NCBI GenBank assembly: GCA_038207335.1
Contig: JBBQZX010000010.1
Span: 1-64,000, forward strand
Origin: Chthoniobacterales bacterium
Lineage (GTDB): Bacteria; Verrucomicrobiota; Verrucomicrobiia; Chthoniobacterales; Chthoniobacteraceae
Direction of reading: 5' to 3'
Length of the DNA: 64,000 nt
The position numbers were made by a program, and so were the translations under genes. Within the stretch, counting starts at the first letter, position 1; every line of letters starts with the position of its first letter. The notes under the pieces are model-generated. The model did no database searches and was not told where the DNA came from. It was given only the letters and a program-made list of their open reading frames with translations. Below, piece by piece: positions 1 to 8,398 of the stretch.

Positions 1-45
1 TTCTTCAACCAGGCCGATGCACGCGGCATTTTCTGGAGCACCTGA
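1..45 (+). CDS. 3' end of a truncated upstream gene (FFNQADARGIFWST*)
   Basis: Frame 1 open from base 1 to TGA 43-45, which overlaps the ATG at 45 (TGATG coupling). Confidence 0.5.
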   Translation, partial: FFNQADARGIFWST

Positions 46-224
46 TGTCGCTCGATCCGAAAACAAACCGGCAAACTCGTGAGGCAGACAAGGCGAAGAA
101 GCGCGCAGAAGAGCCGCCGCTCAATCCACCGTTCCCGCACAAGCGGCAGTCGTTCGATCCGTTCTTCTTCAGCCTCGAACGCGAAACGCCCGACGAAGAA
201 GCCGCGCGAAAGGCTGCGAAGTAG
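45..224 (+). CDS. 59-aa hypothetical phage protein (below ORF-track cutoff)
   Basis: ATG 45 coupled to upstream TGA; reads MSLDPKTNRQ...PPLNPPFPHKRQSFDPFFFSLE...AAK to TAG 222-224; fills the gap in a + strand operon. Confidence 0.55.
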   Translation: MSLDPKTNRQTREADKAKKRAEEPPLNPPFPHKRQSFDPFFFSLERETPDEEAARKAAK

Positions 225-240
225 AGGCAAGCGCCGCGTC

Positions 241-264
241 CTTTGACAACGCGCTCCCGGCGTG
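241..264 (+). promoter_or_regulatory. Element-specific motif copy 1: CTTTGACA-A-CGCG-CTCC-CGGC-GTG
   Basis: TTGACA at 243-248, 13 nt before GTG 262; 18/24 identical to the copy at 5167-5190. Confidence 0.65.
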
Positions 265-2628
265 AGCGACCTCGATCTCTACGCCGACCTCATCACCCGC
301 AAGCTCGTCTCGCGTGATGGCGGCGCGGTGTCGCTTTCGCCATTCGTGCTGGGCGACCAGTTGCGCTGCTCGCTGCGGACCTACGAGCGCAGCGAAAGCG
401 GTGATTTGCGGGAGCGCGATCTGCGCCTGAGGACTCTGCGGGCCAGCATCGGCAAGGTTCTCGCGGCTCCGACGAGCGGCTGGTTCAAGCTGTGGATTGG
501 CGACACCGACACGCCGGAGATCAATTTCGACGCCACGGCCGATGTCTTCAAAACGGCGGCGCAGGGCTCGGGCATCATCGACACCGTGGAAAGTCCGGTG
601 ACGGGAACGTGGGTCGTGAAGACGACGCGCGCGGACGATGAAGGGCCATATCCGATCCGCGTTCACACGAACAAACTCGGGCCGATCTCCTTCGTGCGCG
701 TGCGGCAGTTCAAACAGCTCGGAGTCTGGTGGTTTGAATGCCGGCTGATCCAAGCACCGCTGGCGTTCAACGCCGGTCACGAGCGCGTCCTCCCAACGCC
801 TCCGAGCATCCGGCGTATCCGCTCGGGCGATGCCGGCAGCGAGACACAGCCGCCGAGCAATGAAATCCAGGCGCTTTATCTGCCGCAGGATTTCCGCGGC
901 ACGTATTTCCTGCGCTGGAACTATCGCGTCTCGAAGCTGCTCGGGATTGAGGACGGGCCGGATGAAATAGCGGCGGCGCTCAATGCGATGTTCGAGAGTG
1001 GCAAGCAATTCGAGGTGACGAACCCGGAGCCGGATCACGCATACATCGAGTTCACGGGCGAACTCGAAGGCGCCTCCCAACCGCTCATCACCGTCGAGGT
1101 GAACACCTTTGCGCCCGGCGTGCTCACGTTCACGTTGCCTCTAGATCGCGCCGAAATGGCGGCGGCGCTGCGAGCGGTGCCGGAGATCGAAGTGCCGTTC
1201 GAGGTCGAGGCCGAGATCGTGGAGGACGGCGAAGACATCGCCGACCCCGCGGTGTCGGGCCGCATCATCACGCTCTTTCAGCAGCCTGTGAAAATCGTGC
1301 GCGAGCAAATCTGGGAAGAGATGCAAACGGTGCAGCCGATCGACTGGCTGCGTCCGCCTCAACCGCGCGACTACATTCCATTCACGCCCGACCAGATCAT
1401 CTTCGGCGTGCAGCATTACGTGGCGGTTTTCGGCGACGGCGAACTGCGTTCGTTCTCGTTCCCGCACAATCTCGGCACCGAGGCATTCCATCTGACCGTC
1501 CGGGCGAACGCATCGGGCGGCCGTGTGCTCGTGAACGGCGTGGATTTCACCATCACGATCCCGAGCGCGAATGAGGCCATGCTCGACTTCCCACTGACCG
1601 CGCCGGTGCCCGCGCTCAACAGCCTCGCGCTGGTGCTTTCGAGCGCAGGACCGCGCAGCGCCTTTCTCGCGCACACGCACACGATGGCGCAGATCATCGG
1701 GCTCCTCGACGCGCTCGCCGGAGTCTATGCGCGGCTCGAAAACATCGAAGACCTGCTGCCCAAACCCAATCTGCTGGGGCGTCGCGAAAAGAAGGTGCCG
1801 CAGGAAATCGAGATCCCGGATCGCGTCGAATTGTTTCCAAGCGGACGCCTGCCAGCGAACTTCGATTCCAAGTCTCTCGAAAATGGCAAGACCGCGACGT
1901 TGCCGCGGCCGCCCGGCCTTCTGCCGGCAATCCACGACGCGACCGTGGTGCCAATCAGCATCCCGCTCCCGCGCGCGGAACCGAACGCGGGCAACGTGTT
2001 CCAAAACACCACGAGTGCGCCGCTGCTCGTGCCCGGCGGCCTCGGCCGACGCGGTGGCTATCTCGAGCCGCAGGGCTATGCGGGCAGCGATGGCCGCGTG
2101 TGGTATCGGCTGTCCCGAGCAGCGCAGACCAACTCGTTCTTCCCACACGATTTCGAGCGCGAACTCTTTCTGCTGCACATCAACGAAGCGATGTGGCAGC
2201 CGGGCGGAGAGTTCACCGTGGAGTTCGATTTGGAGCTGCAACTCCTGGCCGCAAACACGCGCGCGCAATTTCTCTTGGTGATCGAGGCGGGCTCGGCCCC
2301 CGGCCAAATCACGCCCGCGCCTGTCGCCGAAAATCTCGCGGATGTCGTCTGGCGTCCATCTCCGCTGCTCTCGCAGCGCATCATCCTCAGCAGCCTCAAG
2401 CTCAAGCATCACTTCGGCGCCCTCATCCGTCGCTCACTCGACGACGTGCTCACCGCCGAGCGCCGGCTCTATACGACTTGGAGCGCGTGCGGGGCACCGG
2501 CCGTGCCGGAAACGCTTGGCTTCATGCTCCGCGCGCGGCTCATCCAATTCGACACCGAGAACAGCGTGCGCGGCGCGAAGGGTTTCGTCTTCTACGCCTT
2601 CAGCCAAGGCAAAGCCCAGATCTGCTAA
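262..2628 (+). CDS. Putative phage tail/baseplate-fibre structural protein (788 aa)
   Basis: Long ORF with good codon bias; HTHTMAQIIGL matches the HxHxxxxIxGL tail-fibre repeat motif; GDG...HNLG motif typical of phage structural proteins; beta-rich. Confidence 0.65.
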   Translation: MSDLDLYADLITRKLVSRDGGAVSLSPFVLGDQLRCSLRTYERSESGDLRERDLRLRTLRASIGKVLAAPTSGWFKLWIGDTDTPEINFDATADVFKTAAQGSGIIDTVESPVTGTWVVKTTRADDEGPYPIRVHTNKLGPISFVRVRQFKQLGVWWFECRLIQAPLAFNAGHERVLPTPPSIRRIRSGDAGSETQPPSNEIQALYLPQDFRGTYFLRWNYRVSKLLGIEDGPDEIAAALNAMFESGKQFEVTNPEPDHAYIEFTGELEGASQPLITVEVNTFAPGVLTFTLPLDRAEMAAALRAVPEIEVPFEVEAEIVEDGEDIADPAVSGRIITLFQQPVKIVREQIWEEMQTVQPIDWLRPPQPRDYIPFTPDQIIFGVQHYVAVFGDGELRSFSFPHNLGTEAFHLTVRANASGGRVLVNGVDFTITIPSANEAMLDFPLTAPVPALNSLALVLSSAGPRSAFLAHTHTMAQIIGLLDALAGVYARLENIEDLLPKPNLLGRREKKVPQEIEIPDRVELFPSGRLPANFDSKSLENGKTATLPRPPGLLPAIHDATVVPISIPLPRAEPNAGNVFQNTTSAPLLVPGGLGRRGGYLEPQGYAGSDGRVWYRLSRAAQTNSFFPHDFERELFLLHINEAMWQPGGEFTVEFDLELQLLAANTRAQFLLVIEAGSAPGQITPAPVAENLADVVWRPSPLLSQRIILSSLKLKHHFGALIRRSLDDVLTAERRLYTTWSACGAPAVPETLGFMLRARLIQFDTENSVRGAKGFVFYAFSQGKAQIC

Positions 2629-3428
2629 TGCCTACTCCCGCACCCACGGCCAAACCCGTGATTAGCGTCCTTCAATCGGTAATTGGATACCTGCAATGGC
2701 AGGCGTTCGAGTTTCAGCCGACGGCGACCGGGGAGCCGACGAAGTGGTATTGCACGGCGCTCGCGCCCGGCCTTTTTTTCGACGAAGAGACGGGCCCGAT
2801 CCTGGGCGCGGCGACGCTGCCGGGCGTCTATGAGTTCACGCTGAGTTGCGAGAACGCGGTCGGGCTTTCCGATCTAGTGACGTTTGCGATGGGGATCGAA
2901 GCGAGCGGCTTTGTCCAGCCTGCCAATGTGCTCGATCTGACGATCGACGTGACGACGCGGCGCGTCTCGCTGGCGGGGATCATTGGCGATGTGGGCGGCG
3001 GCGCGAGCGGCTCCAATGCGGGCGGGGAAAAGTGGGAGCCGCTGTTTTGGGTCAAGGCCGGTGACGACCTGGTGATAAACGTGGGGTTCATCAAAGGGGG
3101 TGTGCAGTTCGATCCGAAGCTTACGGGGCTCAAGTTCGCGCTGAAGGAATTGGAGCCGGAAAACGTGCTCGTTGCTGGCGAGGTTTGGGGGAAAGCGGGC
3201 GCGGGCGACGGTACGTCTTATGTACTCGTCGTGCATATCGATTCCGACGAACTGCGCGGGGCACTGACCAATCACGAGGACGATCAGACCACGCAATTTC
3301 TCGCGCTCGGCGAGTTTGAATGGACGCAGGACAACGAGCTCGATCCGCAGATCGGGCCGGACGTCATCCGCAGTTCGACGCGCACGTTCGGCGTGATGCT
3401 GCCGCGCGACTTGATCGCCAATCCGTAA
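2628..3428 (+). CDS. Putative Ig-like (He_PIG-type) domain phage protein (266 aa)
   Basis: TAATG coupling at 2626-2630 gives start MPTPAP; LAPGLFFDEETGPILGAATLPGVYEFTLSCENAVG fits the putative-Ig consensus LPxGL...TGxIxG....GxYxFT...NxxG. Confidence 0.7.
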   Translation: MPTPAPTAKPVISVLQSVIGYLQWQAFEFQPTATGEPTKWYCTALAPGLFFDEETGPILGAATLPGVYEFTLSCENAVGLSDLVTFAMGIEASGFVQPANVLDLTIDVTTRRVSLAGIIGDVGGGASGSNAGGEKWEPLFWVKAGDDLVINVGFIKGGVQFDPKLTGLKFALKELEPENVLVAGEVWGKAGAGDGTSYVLVVHIDSDELRGALTNHEDDQTTQFLALGEFEWTQDNELDPQIGPDVIRSSTRTFGVMLPRDLIANP

Positions 3429-3433
3429 AAACG

Positions 3434-4732
3434 ATGGCGCGCAATCTCGACTGGTTTCAGGCGCGAAAGCTCGCGCGGGTGGATGCAAAACGCATTCGTC
3501 GCGATGCGTGGCGCTATTGGCTCGAGTTGGACCACACGGTCTATCTCTGGTTCCTGTACCGGCCCGCGGGCGTCATCGAAATCAAGGACGGCGCACCATC
3601 GGTGACGACGGAATCGCGCGCGGTCGTTTTGAATTCGGAATTCCGCGCATTTGAATTTCTCGCGAACGACTGGACCGACGAGCCGTGGTATCTGCCGCCG
3701 CAACCTCCAGCGGTCGATCCTCCCGGCGGCGGTGGTGGAGGCAACGGTGACGGTGGAAGTAATCCGCCGGGCGATGGCGGCAATGGCTCAGGTGGGAGCG
3801 GCGGCGGCGGCGGCAATTCCGGTGGTGCCGGCGGCGGCACCGGTAGCGGCGATGGCGGGATCGGTTCCGGTGGCGGCAGCTCAGGCGGAGGCGGCAGCGA
3901 CAGTGGCGGCTCTGGAAGCTGGGGCAACAATAGCGGCGGCAGCGGCGGTGGATCCCACTCGCCAAGGCCGCCGAGGAAGCGGGTGCCTTGGGGCGATTAC
4001 ACTCCACACGTGACCGTCGATCTTGATCCCGACATCGACGGGCCGGGCTGCTTCATCGAATCGCCACGGCCATGCACCGCATTCGTGAACGTTTCGCTGC
4101 CAGATCCGGGCGATGGCAAACTGAAGATCGCGACCATCTCGGTGACCTGCTTTGGAAAGACGAAACTCGGCACCCTCGCTCCCGGCGGGACGCAGGGATT
4201 TGCGTTCACCGGCAAAGTCAGCGCGGGCCAGGTCGTTACCGCGACGGCGACGGCTTCCGCGGGTGACGGCATCCATTCGTGGACCGGCTCCGGCGAGAAG
4301 GCGTGCGACGTGAAGGACTGTATCAAGACGGCCTTCACCTGGACCGGCGACGAGGAGGATTCGCATCGCTGTCCGCCACAGGGATCCGAGAGCACCGAGA
4401 CCGGCTGGGATTTTTCGGATAGCTATGCGGTGACGCGCCACTATGCGATCAACCCGGAGCCGGGCACGGAGATCGGGATCGTTTACGGCAAGGACTACAA
4501 TCCGCCGGGCAATCGCACGCAACTCACGACGTCTGTTCCCGACGGGCAGACCACCACGGTCAAGCTACACGTCGATGCGCCCGGCGCGGTAACCTGCCAA
4601 GTCAGCGCGCAAGGTGGGATCAGCAACGTCGAGCCGCACAAGCTCGGCATCGTCTACGACGGACCGACGACCATCCAAACCGACCTCCATGGCTGCACCA
4701 CGCAAAAACGCGGAACTGAAACAGGCCCTTGA
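3434..4732 (+). CDS. Multidomain protein: DUF2829/Tad2-like N-terminus, Gly/Ser-rich linker, Cys-containing beta-rich C-terminus (432 aa)
   Basis: ATG 3434 lies 5 nt after the previous stop; N-term LDWFQA...KRIRRDAW...EFLANDW; about 80-residue G/S/N linker. Confidence 0.7.
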   Translation: MARNLDWFQARKLARVDAKRIRRDAWRYWLELDHTVYLWFLYRPAGVIEIKDGAPSVTTESRAVVLNSEFRAFEFLANDWTDEPWYLPPQPPAVDPPGGGGGGNGDGGSNPPGDGGNGSGGSGGGGGNSGGAGGGTGSGDGGIGSGGGSSGGGGSDSGGSGSWGNNSGGSGGGSHSPRPPRKRVPWGDYTPHVTVDLDPDIDGPGCFIESPRPCTAFVNVSLPDPGDGKLKIATISVTCFGKTKLGTLAPGGTQGFAFTGKVSAGQVVTATATASAGDGIHSWTGSGEKACDVKDCIKTAFTWTGDEEDSHRCPPQGSESTETGWDFSDSYAVTRHYAINPEPGTEIGIVYGKDYNPPGNRTQLTTSVPDGQTTTVKLHVDAPGAVTCQVSAQGGISNVEPHKLGIVYDGPTTIQTDLHGCTTQKRGTETGP

Positions 4733-5162
4733 TCAGCTCTGCGCCTTGATCGCGCGGCTTGCTCGGAAGTATTCGATCGGCACCGTGGGCCTGACTGGCA
4801 TCGATGCGCGGAGGACGTCGATGGCTGGCGAAGCCGTCGAGCTGCTGGTGGTGCCTTCCAAAATGGCACTGCCGTTTGCGCGTGCGCTTTCCGATGCGAG
4901 CGGCCGCGCCGTACGCATGCGTGACCCGCAAACGCTGCCTTACACGCATCCCTTTCACTACTGCGTGCGGTGGCTCAACGTGGACCGGTTGCCGGTCTGC
5001 CCGTTCCCGCGCGGAGCGATCCTCACTTCGATCAATGGTGCGCCAACGGCGATTGAGCTGACCGCAATCCCACACTTCGCACCAGCGATGGGCTACGTCC
5101 GCGCGGCGCCCTTAGCGCCGGACTTCGTGCCTGCACCGGCGCTCGGCAGCTTTCTCATCTGA
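4689..5162 (+). CDS. Hypothetical protein (157 aa)
   Basis: ATG 4689 (MAAPRKNAELKQALDQL), overlaps previous gene by 44 nt, same strand as operon; no family recognised. Confidence 0.6.
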   Translation: MAAPRKNAELKQALDQLCALIARLARKYSIGTVGLTGIDARRTSMAGEAVELLVVPSKMALPFARALSDASGRAVRMRDPQTLPYTHPFHYCVRWLNVDRLPVCPFPRGAILTSINGAPTAIELTAIPHFAPAMGYVRAAPLAPDFVPAPALGSFLI

Positions 5163-5166
5163 CCCG

Positions 5167-5190
5167 CTTTGACAGCGCGAGAGCGGCATG
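5167..5190 (+). promoter_or_regulatory. Element-specific motif copy 2: CTTTGACA-G-CGCG-AGAG-CGGC-ATG
   Basis: TTGACA at 5169-5174, 13 nt before ATG 5188. Confidence 0.65.
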
Positions 5191-6147
5191 CAGCCACCTC
5201 GTATTTGCCGACGCCTTCGTGGCGTCATGAGCCTTTGGACGAAGACGCCGATGTTCAGCGTGCATCGAGGTCCGGTGCTGATTCAAACGCTGGCAACCTG
5301 CCTCGCTGCGCGCGCTTTCGAGGAGACGGAATTCGTCACCGACGATCGCGGGGCAGCCATCGCGAAGCTCCTCGGCTGGCCGTTCACGAACATTTCCACG
5401 GCGCTCGAAAGCTGGCCAACCGATGGCCTGGGACACATTTGGGCGCTTGGAAAACTCGTGGCGTGTGCTGTCCAAGAGCAGCCGTTCGTTCAGTTCGACG
5501 GCGACGTGATGCTCTTCAAAGCGTTGCCAAAACGGGTAGAGCGATTCCGCCTGATCGCCCAATCGCCGGATTACGCGCACTACTACACTTCGCCCGACAT
5601 GCTTGCGGCTCAGCGGATCGCGGGCTTCCCGCCCGCGGCGCCCGCATTCAATGGCGGGCTGCTCGGCGGCAACGACGTCGCGCTCGTGCGCGCCTACGCG
5701 TGGGCCGGCCTTGAACTGGCGCAGAAGTTCCGCGGCAGCCCGCTCAACGGCACCACGACTTCGATGCTCGTCGAGCAGTATCAGCTCGGCGTTTTCGCAC
5801 AGCGCGTGGGCGTTGAGGTGGGCACCCTTCTGCCGCTCCATCCCACTCGGAAGCAGGTCGCCAAAGCGGGATATGCGCATCTGACTGGCGGCGCAAAACG
5901 TGACCCCGAGTTGATCGCTCGCGCCGAGCAGCGCCTCGCTCGCGACTTCCCGGAAGCCTACGTGCGCTTCCTCGCGATGTGGCCGCAGGTCGAGGCTTTG
6001 ACACCTCGCGGCGGCTGTGAATACGCCAGCTCCAATTCCAGCGCCGAGCCGACCGGGCATCAGCTTCTGCACGACCTGCAAGGGCCGACTGCACCACCTT
6101 CGCGAGTCCCTTCCGCGCACGCTCGAAAGCCTGCTGCCCGGCGATGA
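5188..6147 (+). CDS. DUF6734-like putative glycosyltransferase
   Basis: SLWTK, VTD, WALGKL, QEQPFVQFDGDV (DxD), FNGGLLGG, LVEQY motif series; C-terminal 43 codons overlap the next gene. Confidence 0.7.
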   Translation: MQPPRICRRLRGVMSLWTKTPMFSVHRGPVLIQTLATCLAARAFEETEFVTDDRGAAIAKLLGWPFTNISTALESWPTDGLGHIWALGKLVACAVQEQPFVQFDGDVMLFKALPKRVERFRLIAQSPDYAHYYTSPDMLAAQRIAGFPPAAPAFNGGLLGGNDVALVRAYAWAGLELAQKFRGSPLNGTTTSMLVEQYQLGVFAQRVGVEVGTLLPLHPTRKQVAKAGYAHLTGGAKRDPELIARAEQRLARDFPEAYVRFLAMWPQVEALTPRGGCEYASSNSSAEPTGHQLLHDLQGPTAPPSRVPSAHARKPAARR

Positions 6148-6766
6148 AGTCGTCCTGCTCGACTACGATTCGCAGGACGGATTGGTGGACTGGGTCCGCG
6201 CGGAACTGACGCCCAAAATCCGCGCAGGTCGGGTGCGTTTTGTGCAGCTCGATGAAGGTCCGCAGCCGTGGCATCCGACGCGCGCGAAGAACATCGCCCA
6301 CTTCTGCGCGCGCCATCCAGTTGTTTGCAATCTCGACGCCGACAATTGGGTCGTCCCGGGCTTTTCCGCATGGCTTCGCGAGGTCTTCGCGCGTGACGGA
6401 CGCCGCATCACCAGCATGAGCCCTCGGACGTGCGGCGGCGGCTTCGGCCGGATCGCACTGCGCAAATCAGACTGGCTCGCCCTTGGGGGCTACGACGTGC
6501 GGATCCGATCCTGGGGTTGGGAGGACAATGACCTCTTGCTGCGCGCCGAGGCCGCGGGAGTTGAGGTCGTCATGACGCCGGACAACTTCGCCGCGTTCCG
6601 CCGCCACGGCGACTGCGAGCGCGTCTTCGCCGAAGGCGCAAACGATAAGACAACCAGTCTCGCCATCAGTCGCCGGAACGCCGCAGCTACGCTCGCCGGG
6701 CAAAAGTGCATCGCCAACGCCGGCCACCCCTGCGCGAACGTCCGGGTGCGCGTGAATTTCGCCTGA
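6017..6766 (+). CDS. GT-A glycosyltransferase (GT2 N-term / GT7 C-term-like)
   Basis: ISFCTTCKGRLHHL, VLLDYDSQD, RAKNIA, NLDADN (DxD), GGYD....WGWEDNDL. Confidence 0.85.
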   Translation: MNTPAPIPAPSRPGISFCTTCKGRLHHLRESLPRTLESLLPGDEVVLLDYDSQDGLVDWVRAELTPKIRAGRVRFVQLDEGPQPWHPTRAKNIAHFCARHPVVCNLDADNWVVPGFSAWLREVFARDGRRITSMSPRTCGGGFGRIALRKSDWLALGGYDVRIRSWGWEDNDLLLRAEAAGVEVVMTPDNFAAFRRHGDCERVFAEGANDKTTSLAISRRNAAATLAGQKCIANAGHPCANVRVRVNFA

Positions 6767-6769
6767 ACC

Positions 6770-7462
6770 GTGGACATCCGGGCGACCTTTCCGTTTCGCG
6801 TGTTCATCAGCCTCGAATCACGCATCGACCGACGTGAGCGGTTCCTGCCGAGACTCGCGGCGGCAAACCTCGATGCCGAATGGTTCAAGGCCGTGGACGC
6901 TGACACTCTCCGCGGCGACCCCCGCGGATTTCTCGACGTCCGTAAACGCTCCCTCGCGCTCGGCAAACGTCTCATCCTTCGCGAGGCCGAAAGCCGGAAA
7001 GCCGACGCCGTGCTCATCTTCGAGGACGATGCCATTTTTCATCCGGGATTCGTCGCCGAAACTGCGGCACTCACCTTGCCCAATGATTGGGGCATCTTCT
7101 ATTTCGGTTGCCAGCATATCGAGACACCGCAACCCGTAGCACCCGGCCTCTTCCGGGTCAGTCGCGCACTCGATGGTCACGCCTTTGCCGTGCGCCGTAA
7201 GTACTACGCTGCAGTGCGGGCTTCGATGCGGGGTGGTGCCAAGGGCACTGTCGATGAACTGCACAGCGATGTGCTTCTCTCCAGCCTTCACGGGATCATT
7301 CCGACCTATGCTGCTTACCCCAATCTCGCCTGGCAGGCCGTCGAGCATTCCGACCTCACAGACACTTGTTACAGCAACTATTTTTCCGACGGGTCTCAGT
7401 GCTGGTTCCGCCACCTTCTGCCACCGTTTTGCAAGGACGGGAATTTGACGTGCGTGCAGTAA
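6770..7462 (+). CDS. Glycosyltransferase family 25-like
   Basis: FISLESRIDRR, FKAVD, LIFEDDA, LPNDWGIFYFG motifs. Confidence 0.85.
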   Translation: MDIRATFPFRVFISLESRIDRRERFLPRLAAANLDAEWFKAVDADTLRGDPRGFLDVRKRSLALGKRLILREAESRKADAVLIFEDDAIFHPGFVAETAALTLPNDWGIFYFGCQHIETPQPVAPGLFRVSRALDGHAFAVRRKYYAAVRASMRGGAKGTVDELHSDVLLSSLHGIIPTYAAYPNLAWQAVEHSDLTDTCYSNYFSDGSQCWFRHLLPPFCKDGNLTCVQ

Positions 7463-7466
7463 GATG
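7444..7466 (+). promoter_or_regulatory. Element-specific motif, degenerate copy 3: TTTGACG-N13-ATG
   Basis: TTGACG 7445-7450, 13 nt before ATG 7464; spacer poorly conserved because it overlaps the GT25 3' end. Confidence 0.45.
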
Positions 7467-7823
7467 AAGCTACGTCTCACTCTCGCCATCCTCCTCGTCG
7501 CCGTGCTTCCCAGCGTCGCTCTCGGCGCGGTCGGCGTGGCGACGGGCGCCATTCCGTTCGAGTCGGAAATCGATTATCTCGCCAGCAAAAACATCGCCTA
7601 TTGGTTCCTCGCACTGGCCGCAATTTCAATTGCGAGCTGGTCCTTCATTGTCCGCTGGATGCTCAATCAACTCGAAAGCCAGCGCACCGTGAACGCCGAC
7701 GTGACCAACAAGCTCATCTCCTACATGGAAGGCGACCACTCCAAGATGATCGTCGTCACCGAGAAGGTGCTGTTCGTCATGGACAAGGTGATCGAACGGC
7801 TGGATCGGCGGCCGCTCACGTAG
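7464..7823 (+). CDS. Small membrane protein, possible holin (TM + coiled-coil tail)
   Basis: Hydrophobic N-terminus, second TM (IAYWFLALAAISIASWSFIVRW), amphipathic C-terminal helix; last gene of the + strand operon. Confidence 0.6.
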   Translation: MKLRLTLAILLVAVLPSVALGAVGVATGAIPFESEIDYLASKNIAYWFLALAAISIASWSFIVRWMLNQLESQRTVNADVTNKLISYMEGDHSKMIVVTEKVLFVMDKVIERLDRRPLT

Positions 7824-7829
7824 CCCCAG

Positions 7830-8398
7830 TCAGTTGTTACCGAGCTTCGGCTCCAGCGCATCGCGCGCGACGCCCATCGTCGCGAGAAGCGCTTGCGCCA
7901 TCGCGCGCGTCTCGGGCGTCGGTTGTTGCGGCGGCAGCATCCCGGCGAAGCGCCCTTCGATGCCGTCGAATTTCAACGCATCGAATTCGCCGAACCCGAA
8001 GAAGCCACCGGCATCCGTCCGCAGGATTGGTAGGAACCGCTGAGTCTGCCGGCCCTGCGCCTCGCCCATCACGACCACAAATTCCTTGCGGTCGAACGCC
8101 TCCGAGGGAGGTGTCGTCGTGTCGAGCGTCTCGCCCGGCTTCGCCATCGTCACCCACGACTCCAGAATCATCACCATGTAGGTCGCACCGTAGGCGGCGG
8201 AGATCAGTCGCCCGATGCTGGCAAAATCGTTCTTCGCACGCTCGTCGGCGAGAGACTCGGGGATGAAATGCAGCAGCCCGTCCGGAGACACGGCCAGCAT
8301 CGTCGGAGCGACACGGCGATGTTTTTCATCGAAAATTCGGCGTAGCCCTCCGCGTAGGCGGTGAGCGTGTCGAGGTCGGTTGGTTCTTGCGGTGTCAC
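7830..8398 (-). pseudogene. Frameshifted hypothetical gene (or sequencing error)
   Basis: GTG 8398 is coupled to the excisionase stop (GTGA); MTPQEPTDL...FSMKNI continues as RVAPTMLAVSPDG... only after a 1-nt shift near 8316-8326. Confidence 0.65.

Noticed and set aside
5005..5050. PDZ domain in the 157-aa phage ORF (GAILTSING)
   Set aside because: Only a 9-residue resemblance; the rest of a PDZ fold is not evident.
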